A stretch of 64,000 nt of DNA from contig OX597834.1 of NCBI GenBank assembly GCA_951406725.2, positions 29,946,001 through 30,010,000 of the forward strand, written 5' to 3'. The position numbers and the translations under genes were made by a program. Below, in pieces: positions 24,701 through 35,779 of the stretch; the stretch's first letter is position 1; each line of letters begins with the position of its first letter. The notes beneath the pieces were generated by a model. It worked only from the letters and a program-made list of their open reading frames with translations. It did no database searches and had not been told where the DNA came from. Origin of the DNA: Octopus vulgaris (lineage: Eukaryota).

Positions 24701-27700
24701 AACAGTACATATTAGTGTAGTCCTAGGTAGACTGTGACAGTATCTAGATATGCTGATGATGTTTACTGCAATGACCCATAAATTACGGTTTCTTCTACCT
24801 TTTCTGGACCATCTTCATGGACTTTTCTCCCATTTTCAATGAGTTATAAAGCAATTTCTATTATTAGGTGCTGGTATGATTGTGTGGTCAAGAACTTTGT
24901 TTCAGAACTGCATGGTTAGGAGTTCAATCCCAGGATGGATACTGTCTGTCGGTTTCCCATACACTGTGTGTGTGTTTGTGTATTCGAGTGTGTTTGTGTG
25001 AGTTTGTATTTCTCTTTGTCTTCATGTGTTTTTGCCGCCGACTGTAAACAACAGGCTCATTCAAACAGTGTTGTTTATTCCCAGTTTTCCACATAAAACA
25101 CCTCTGGGTTGTCTGTTGTTCAATGGACTGAGATATTGTTAGCTCTCTGGGGAAACAAGTGCAGGTTTGACCACAGCGGGAGGGAGGGGGTCATCCATTT
25201 GTAGCAGAAACTCTACCTCATTGTACTCTCGCAGGTACGGAAACTTAGACATTTAAATAATGACAACAATTGATTTCTTTTTATCTAATTACAGAAAAGA
25301 AAGGACATGAAACAAATTTATTTTTGTTTATCAAAAAGAAAAAAAAAATTTTAAATGATTGTTTTAATTTCAGTGATATTTTATTTGGTCGAATTTACGA
25401 TCGTTTCGGAATGGATGTAATTGCAAAAGACACGTTCTTAGAGTGCCTGGAACCATACATTCTTGATGACAAACTCAGTTCCATCCCACCGACCGTTATG
25501 AAGGATTTCGTTGAGCATTACGAAGGCAAAGGGATGCTGGAGAGTGTGGAAGCGTGCATCGTCCACCTTGAAGTGACCACGTTGGATATACACCACGTAA
25601 GTAATTTCAATGGAGAGCATGGCCAGATTATTGATGTTATTGTTATATGATGCTACAATCTGTCTGTACCGTTCTTCCTCTTGCAGTTCGTGTATGTCAG
25701 TTGGAACCATGGTAAAAATGATTTATATAATACTTACTTACTTGTACTTGTGGTGACATTCACCCTGGGTGGGTTGAGTCGGCTTCTTCTACTACCCTTG
25801 AGGCATCTCGAACCATGGCAGTGGAAGAAGTTTCATGGGAATATGTGGATTTCACAAGCGGTCCCCAACAATCCCGCATGTAGAGATATCCTGTTTGCCG
25901 CAGATTGTCCGCAGACGCAGGGACAGAACGACCAAGGAGCCGCCAGTTGCCGAAACAGACACTCCGAGGATTTTCACCAGAGCCCCGTCTGCTGGGTTGT
26001 GGCCCTAATACCACTCGGTGTCAGACCAATCCGCCTTGGGTGGCCCTACCGAAGTTCCCGACGGCATAGCTCTGACACTACCCGTTGCCGGCGTCCCCAC
26101 CACGGTGAGGAGGGGAACCATGCTAAATGTTGCTACAATTTGTTTGTAAGCTTCCTCATCTTCCAAGGGGTGCAGGTGTGGGTGTGTGATTAAGTTTTCT
26201 TACTGACCACATGGTTTCAGGTTCAGTCCCATTGCATGGCACTTTGAATAAGTGCTTCTTCTTCTCTCACTCTGGACCAACCAAAGTCCTTGTGGGTGAA
26301 TTTGGTAGAAGGAAACTAAACAAATCCCATCATATGTGTGTGTTTATGTTTGATCTCTCTTTGGTCTAACATTGTGTTGATAGTCGTAAAAGAACATACC
26401 TGTTATGCAAGCAGTGTCCTTCATTTATGACATTTCCATGTAAAAATGCCTGGCCGTTGGGAAATATTACTTTGCTTGGAAACAGATGAGGGTTGGGGAC
26501 AGGAAGGGCATCCAGTAGTGGAAACTCTGCCTCAGTAAATTCTGTCCCCCGCCACATGCAGGCCTCAAGAATTGGACATTAAAATGATTATGATGATGAT
26601 GATTCCAGACTGTCCATGATTTGTATAATGCCAGAATCTATGTTTTGGAACCATAGGAAATGGCTATAACAACATATACTCTTACTCTTTTACTTGTTTC
26701 AGTCAGTTGACTGCGGCCATGCTGGAGCACCGCCTTTAGTCGAGCAACTCGACCCCGGGACTTATTCTTACACAGCCACTCCTATTTGTAATATTCTTCT
26801 TCTTCCTCTTCTAGATTGTCCATCTCTGTTGGAACCATGGTTTATACGATGCCATAATTTATGTCTACAACAAGGGAATGAATGATTACACCACCCCACT
26901 TGAAGAATTATTGATTTTACTGGAAGCAGCTATTAACACTGGTAAACAACTGACTGGTGAGTGAATTGATCCAACTTTTCCATGGAAAAAACCAGCCTCA
27001 CTCACACCTCAGATATATTTCTTATCTTCTGTCGTCAGATGATCAAATCAAACTTGGAAATAAACTTCTTGTCTATATCAGGTAAGTAACAGTTTTATAA
27101 TCGTTCGTTGCCAGCATCGCCTGGCCCCGTGCCGGTGACACGTAAAAGCACCATCCGTTCGTGGCCGTTGTGCCAGCTCTGTCTGGCACCTGTGCAGGTG
27201 GCACGTAAAAACACCCACTACACTCGCAGAGTGGTTGGCGTAGGAAGGGCATCCAGCCGTAGAAACACTGCCAAATCTGACTGGGCCTGATGAAGCCTTC
27301 CGGCTTCACACCCCGTTACAGATGATCAAATCAAACTTGGAAATAAACTTCTTGTCTATATCAGGTAAGTAATAGCTTTATAATCCTCACCACTGGACGG
27401 ACCAAAAATAGATTAGAGACATTTGCAGTGAGGTTGTAGGAAGAGAGGACTGTGTATTTAAAGTGTTTGCTAAGCAATCTCATGGTTCCATGATTACAAA
27501 TCATGTAAGAATGTCTCATTAATACCTCTGATCATCATCATTGCCGTTTAACGTCCGTTTTCCATGCTAGCATGGGTTAGATGGTTTGACTGTGGGCTGG
27601 CAAACCAGATGGCTGCACCAAGCTCCAGTCTTGATCTGGCAGAGTTTCTACAGCTGGATGCCCTTCCTAACGCCAACGACTCCAAGAGTGTAGTGGGTGT

Positions 27701-28616
27701 TTTACGTACCACCGGCACGGAGGCCAGTCAGCCAGTACTGGCAATGACCTCGCTCAAATTTTTACACATGGGCCAGTCAGACAGTACTGGCAACGACCTC
27801 GCTCAAATTTTTTGGGCCAGTCAGGTGGTACTGGCAATGACCTCACTCGAATTTTTTTACACATGCCAACGGCACAGGTGCCAGTAATGCGATGCTAGTA
27901 ACAATCTCTGAAATTTAGAAATATATAAAAAAAATTTTTTCTTTAACCCACTTTTTACCATATTTTTTTTCTTCTTTGAAATACTCTGTTTTATTTTAAT
28001 TCATTAAAAAAAATAACAAAGAATTTTGAAAAATTCCTTTGTCATCATTCGGCTGGTATTTGAAAGATCAATGAACAAGAAATTTTGATGGAAAGTTACA
28101 ATTTAGATCTCTTTAAAAGGGGAAGTTTGTACCAAAAGAGTTAGTAATCCTACAGTTGATATGCCAAGTGGATAGCAGACAGAAATAGTATTGCTCAGTT
28201 TGAGGGTTCAAATCTGAGAAGACACACCTGATTGCAAAGGACTGAATACTAGATTATTTGAGATTATATCTGTTGGATAACCTGGGAATAAGTGACAAAT
28301 CACTTGGAAATAGATACTAGGGAAATCCAGGAAAATTTGTTTATAGGAACTAGATCAGTCTGGGAATTTAAAATGTGATGAACTAATGTCATAGCCAGGA
28401 TGAAGTTTTGTCACCGATCCACTTCATGCTGTAACAAGAAACAGGCTAAAGAAGACTTTGCTTGATTGCTTAACACACTAGAAAAAACAGCCAAATTATT
28501 TACAAACATCATTGTATCATCTTAAAAAATGGAAGGTCACCCAGAATAGTGTAATCTGAAATATATGTGTGCATGTGAATGAATGTGTGTATATGTATAT
28601 GTATGTATATATATAT

Positions 28617-28671
<55 letters not shown>

Positions 28672-28685
28672 AAATAATATATATA

Positions 28686-28725
<40 letters not shown>

Positions 28726-31700
28726 CTGTAAGAAATTAAATAAATGCCAGATTAGACTGGAGCTTCATTGCTTGCAGCTGTTTCTGGCTATCCCAGAATG
28801 CGCTCCTAGTCGAGTGCGTGTGATGGCCCATGCTAGCAGGTGATATACAAGCACTCAACAATGATGCATTGATGATTATATATTATAGCAGAAACAGCTG
28901 TAAGCTAATGAAGTTGATTCCATAATTCCTTGTTCCATTGGCATTTATCTGTTGTCTTATTACCTTTGTATCAACCAACACATTTTTATGATAGCAGGTC
29001 TATATAGAGCTCCAACACTAGATTATTGAATAAATGCCTAAGGGAAATATTAATATATGTAGGCGCAGGAGTGGCTGTGTGGTAATTAGCTTGTTTACCT
29101 ATAAGAAGCACATGCACTCCGGGTTAGTCCCACTGAGTGGCACCTTGGGCAAGTGGCTTCATCAAAGGTGATAGCCTCGGGCCACCAAAGCCTTGTGAGT
29201 GCATTTTCTTAGAGCAGAAACTGAAAGAAGCCCGTCGTATATATGAAGTATGATTCCATATATTGTGTGTGTGTGTGTGTGCGCGTGTATGTTTGTGTGT
29301 CTGTGTTTGTTAGCTTGCTTGACAACCGATGCTGGTGTGTATACTGTCAACCAACCACGTACTTTTCTGAAGTCCCGGGGTGTGTCGATTATAGGCGGAG
29401 CTCCAACACCAGATTATTGATATCACTACACCTAAACGAAATATTAATATATGTGTGTGTGTGTAAAACTGGGTTGATCATGTGTAGGACATCTTTCATC
29501 TCAAGTTTCCTTAGATTACTCACCCAAGCTTACACAACAGTAACAATCAAAACTGTCTCAAAAAATACCTCAAAAGTGCCTTTGGTCTCAGTAGATAGAT
29601 TAAGAAAGTGACCAAAATATATTTCATTTTATTTAGATACTTTTTTTCATATTTTTCCTCTTTTTTCTCAAATTCCTTTTAGCTATTGTTTAGCTGGTCG
29701 TGGTTATCCACTCGGAGATATTCCAGAAGAATTTATCCCAGAAGTCAAAGAACAGGTAAAGACATCTTATTTAACACACACACAGAGAAAAAAAAGAAAT
29801 ATTTTGTTAAACACACAGTCATACACAAACAAACCAAAGTTTGATCAGAAGTTTGGTCAAACAAAGGGACATTTAGCTCAGATAAATAACAAAAATCTGT
29901 CTATTTGCGTCTCTCTCTCTCTGTATATATATATATAGAGAGAGAGATATTAAAATTAGCAACAGGACACCATCCGAGCATGACCGTTGCCAGAGCGGCT
30001 ATCTGGCCTCTGTGCCAGTGGCACGTTAAAGACACCATTCAAGCGTGATCGTTGCCAGCATCACCTTACTGGCACCTGTGCTGGTGGCATGTGTAAAAGA
30101 TTCAAGCAAGTCGTGACTGGCCCCGTGCCAGTGACGCGTAAAACACCCACTACACTCTCGGAGTGGTTGGCGTTAGGAAGGGCATCCAGCCATAGGAACC
30201 ATGCCAAATCAGACTGGAACCTGGTGCAGCGCTCCGACTTAGCAGTTCCAGTCTAGCTGTCCAACCCCCCATGCCAGCATGGAAAGCAGACATTAAATGA
30301 TGATAACGACAATGGTGAAACACACACACACATCCTCATCATTCAATGTCCATTCTCCGTGCTTTGAGTCGGACACACATCTATAAATATTAAATTGAAT
30401 TAGAAAAACATGAAGAAGACCACTTTCACAATTGTCTTCCTTTTATAATTTATGTTTTTAGGTCTTCAAATGTGTCAGCTGTTTGCACCGGACCAAGTCA
30501 AAAGAAAGTAGGTTCTCTTTCACTTTCTATCTTACATGTATATATCTGTTTCTGTTTCTCACTATATGTGTGTGTTTATGTGGATGGATGGATGGTTGGT
30601 TGGTTGGTTATCCTCATTATTGTTTTAACATGCAAATTTTTTTACAGTATGACGGAAAGGTTACAAAAATCTTTGTTTGATCTGAAGGGTTTGCAAACAG
30701 ATGCTAGATGTGTTTAAAGCATGAAAGAAGGGTTTCAAAAAATTATTTGATCCAAAGGGAGTTGTAAATTGAATACTGGATATCTTTATTGTACATAAGA
30801 AGTGTCAGGAAAAAAAAATTTCTCTGATCTGAAGGGATCATGAATAGAATTACAGTATGAAGTAAGGGCCACAAAAACATATATTTGATCTAAAGGGGTC
30901 ATGGATGGAACACAAGATATCTTCATAGCTCAAGGAAAATCTCATGAAAAAATTATTTGATTGAGAGGGGTCATTAATGTAATACTAAATGTCTTTACAG
31001 CATGAGTGAAGGGCCATGAAAATATTTATTTGATCTGAAGGGCTCATGAATAAAATGCCAAATGTCTCTTACTGCATGTGGAAAAGATGGTGAAAGAGTT
31101 TCTTTGATCCAAAGGGCTTTCTACCGGAAAGAATGTCAGAAGCTCTGATTGATAAACAACTTGATTTGCTGTTTTAGGGGGACTTGTTTTGTTTTGTTTT
31201 CCAGTGTTGTTGTTGTTGCTATTTTTGTCTAAGTTGGTTACTATGTCAAGGAGTGGTCAACTTCAAGAGCAGGAAACCAACAAAAATAATTGCATGGGAA
31301 CTCGGAAATTCTTTAATTAAGAGGTGTGTGCAGTGATTGCCGAGGTTGGAGAGAGTAAAAGACAATAAGTGGCCAGTGTGGTGTTGAATGCGGTTCATTT
31401 GAGCTGCACGAAATAAACAAGCAAAAACTTCCTCTCCAACCACTTGAGGACATCCTGAATTTTGCTGACACAATAAACACCCAATCAAATCTAACCCAAT
31501 GTCTTTTTGTCTGACAAAGTTTGTGGTAGGGAACAGGGTGAGAGGATAAGTTTGTAAATAGCTATGTGAATGTAATAATAATAATAATAATAATAATAAT
31601 GATAATAATAATGGTTTCATATTTTAGCAGAAGGCTTGCAATTGCAGAGGTGGAGGGTATGTCAATTACATCTACCACGATGCTTAACTGGTATTTATTT

Positions 31701-33627
31701 TATCAACCCCAAATGGGTGAAAGACAAAGTCAACCTCAGCAGGGTTTGAACTCAGAATGTGAAGACAATTGAAATGCCCCTAAGCATTTTGTCTGAGATT
31801 CCAACAGTTCTACCAGCTCACCACATTGATGATGTTGATGATGATGATAATAATAATAATAATCATCATCATCATCATCATCGTTTAGCGTCCGCTTTCC
31901 ATGCTCGCATGGGTTGGACGGTTCAACTGGGGTCTGGGGAGCCAAAAGGCTGCACCAGGCTCCAGTCTGATCTGGCAATGTTTCTACGACTGGATGCCCT
32001 TCCTAATGCCAACCACTCCATGAGTGTAGTGGGTGCTTTTTACGTGCCACCGGCACAGGTGCCAGACGAGGCTGGCAAACGGCCACGATCGGATATAATA
32101 ATAATAAATTACTATTATTATTATTAGTTTCCAATTTAGGAACAAGACCAGTATTTTGATGAGGAAGGGTTTAGTCCAGACCCTCAAGCCCATTACTTGA
32201 CCAGGGTAAATAGATTTATCAACCTCAAAAAGATCTAAGGCATAGTTGGCCTTCATCCGTATGTGTCTTTATATATATACATGTGTGTGTGTGTGTTTAT
32301 TCAGATGATGTAAATGTTTTATGTAAACTTGTGTGTATGTCTTTAGATGATATAAAATGTAAATATTTTATGCAAATATAAGGTGTACCCAATGTAAGCT
32401 ATGGATGCATAAGAGGTGCAGTGACATCAAAAGAAGGTTAACCGGGAAGATGGCTTTTGTGTGCAGCAGATGCACAGGGGCAATAAACACCACAGATGCT
32501 CAGAAAACTGATTCCATCACATGCCAAGGGGAGAAATTAGAAGTAGTGAATAGCTTCTGCTACCTAGGTGACCAAGTCTGTAGTTGGGGTGGATGCTCGG
32601 AGAGCATTGCCACTAGAATAAGAATAGCCTGGGCAAAGTTCAGCAAGCTCCTACCTCTGCTGGTGACAAAGGGCCTCTCGCTCAGAGTGAAAGGTAGACT
32701 GTATGGTGCATGTGTGTGAACTGGCATACTACATGGCAGTGAAACATGGACCATGACTGCTGAAGACATGCGTAGGCTTGAAAGAAATGAAGCTAGTACG
32801 ATTTGTTGGATGTGTAAGCACCCTGAGAGAAATGTTGGACATAAGAAGCATCAGACATGGTGTGCAAGAGAGACGACTATGCTGGTATGGTCGTGTGCTG
32901 CCTATGGATGAGGAGAGCTGTGTGAAGTGTCACTCCCTAACAGTGGAAGGAACCCGTGGAAGAGGGAGATTCAGGAAGATATGGGATGGGTGGTGAAGCA
33001 TGACCTTTGAACGTTGGACCTCACAGAGGCAATGACAAAAGACTGAGACCTCTGGAGATATGTTGTGATTGAAAAGACCCAACAAGGAAACTGTGATCAC
33101 AGCCATAGCATAACCAGCCCATTCAAAAAGTACTTTTGAATCCTCAGGCAAGATTCTGTGCTTGAGGAGACCTATTGAGTCAAGTAAAATCAAAATCAAA
33201 TCACAATCAAATAGAAATTGTAGTTGTGGCTGTTACCAGTGCTGGTGGTACTTGATAAGCACCATTCATTCATGTGTGGGTCATTGCCAGAGCTGCCTGA
33301 CTGGCTCCCCATGCTGGTAGCATGTAAAAAGCACCATCCGAACATGGTCGATGCCAGCGCCCCCTCTCTGACTGGCTTCTGTGCCAGTGGCACATAAAAA
33401 GCACCATCCAATCATGGCCAATGCCAGTGCCGTCTGACTGGTTCCCATGCCAGTGGCATGTAAAATGCACCCACTACACTATCGGAGTGGTTGGTGCTAT
33501 AAAGGGCATTCAGCCGTAGAAACATTGCCAGACCAGATTGGAACCTGGTGCAGCCTTCTGGCTTGCCAGTCTCCAGTCAAACCGTCCAACCCATGCGAGC
33601 ATGGAAAACTGATGTTAAATGATGATG

Positions 33628-33667
<40 letters not shown>

Positions 33668-35707
33668 TGTGAATGTGTGTATACACACAGACACACACAC
33701 ATGTATATAAAGTGGTTATTCAAATGTGAATGAATTGCTTCTCTTTCCAGATGAACCAGCTTATCCTCACCTGAGAACTCTTCTTCAGTTTGATACAATA
33801 GAATTCCTCAATGTCTTGGCATTGGTAAGTCTGTGTGTGTATGTGTGTGTCTATATAATTCTTGCTTCACCATATGATTTACCGTATTCTCTCTTCTCTG
33901 CACAATGCTAACAATGTCTACTTTTGATTTATGGAACTTCACTTCCTTCTTTTCTTCTCTGTTTCTCTAACTCAGGCTTTCGAAGAACCGGAATTCAATA
34001 CAGATGAAGGGTAAGAACCGTTTACTATTAAAACATCTGAATCATTTCTGTTTTTCCATTTTGTCTTTACAAAATTCTTGGTGGGAAGAGGGAGGCCCTG
34101 AGATAGAATTGGGTAACAGTTGGAAGGGTGTCATCTTTTATGAGCTTCTTCCCACAATTCCGATGTGTACTGTGACCAGTTGGATAAATTAAATGCAGTG
34201 ATCCACCAGATATATCCAGCACTTGCTAATCATAAGTTGTCTTTCATGACACTGCTAGACTGCACACTTCTTTACAGACATGGCAGATGTTACTGGGGAT
34301 TAGCTGGGAAGTTTTGCCATGCTTTCCATATTTAGCCAACCTTCTGCCTTCAGATTTCCATCTGGACAGACGTTCAACTCTGAAAAGGATGTTCAAAATT
34401 CATCTGGAACAGTTTTTTATCAGTAAAAACAGAAACTTTTTTAAGCAGGGAATAATGGATCTGCTTATGAGTTGGCAGAAGGTACTGAAACTGAACAGTA
34501 ATTATACTATTAATTGAATAAATCACTTGTCTTATTTTCCCTTAAAAAGGCAAACAAACTTTATGGCCAACCCAATACACAGACATACACACAGTGTAGT
34601 AATGAAATTTAAAGGAAAGTTTTGACTGCTATTTCAAGCAAGTCAAGAAACCTCTACACCAGTGAGAAATCTCTCATTCATTGCCTCAATGTTGTCGTCT
34701 GATAGAGACTCTGGAATATTTTTGTTGCAGGATCCAGAAACGCCAGAGAGTGATTGACATCCTATTACAGGTGATGGTTGAAAGTGTTGGATTCAATGTG
34801 AGTAACAGAGCCTTCATTGTCATTCATTATTATTGTTAGTAATTTAGTTTCTACATCTGTTTACCTATATACCTCTTTCTCTCTCTCTCTTTTGATATAT
34901 GTGTGTGTGTGCACACACACACACACACATATATATAGGTGCAGGAGTGGCTGTGTGGTAAGTAGCTTGCTAACCAACCACATGGTTCCGGGTTCAGTCC
35001 CACTGCGTGGCATCTTGGGCAAGTGTCTTCTGCTATAGCCCCGGGCCGACCAATGCCTTGTGAGTGGATTTGGTGGGCGGAAGCTGGGGGAGGCCTGTCG
35101 TATATATGTATATATATATAAGTGTGTGTATATGTCTGTGTGTCTGTGTTTGTCCCCCTAGCATTGCTTGACAACCGATGCTGGTGTGTTTACGTCCCCG
35201 TCACTTAGCGGTTCGGCAAAACAGACTGATAGAATAAGTACTGGGCTTACAAAGAATAAGTCCCGGGGTCGATTTGCTTGACTAAAGGCGGTGCACCAGC
35301 ATGGCCGCAGTCAAATGACTGAAACAAGTAAAAGAGTAAAAAGAGTAATATATATATATATAAGTATTATATTTTTTAAATGCCTACAACCTTAGTATGT
35401 TGACATCTATAGGCAATGAAAATTAGATTTACTTTTGACCATAGGCTGAAACAGATGTAAGAAGTAATTTTTAGGATTTCGTTAATTTATACTGTGACTT
35501 TTAAAATCTGTATTTTTATTATTATCTTATCTAAATTGAAGGTAAATTTTAATAAAAATGGGTGTATCGAAAATTAAAAAACAAAAAAATAATAAATCAA
35601 ACCGGTTTTCATAGCAAAGCAATTTTTTAAGATTTGGAAGGGGAAAAGAAATTTTTTTAAAATTGAGGCCTTATTATAATTTTTCCTCTACTATATATAT
35701 CTATATA

Positions 35708-35779
<72 letters not shown>

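Noticed and set aside
25681-26193. 170-aa ORF as an independent gene
   Set aside because: Mostly the antisense of a GC-rich retroposon with no recognisable domain; kept only as a possible cryptic exon.
30660-31120. CRISPR-like repeat-spacer appearance
   Set aside because: Eukaryotic intron, repeats not identical, spacers related to each other and no cas genes.
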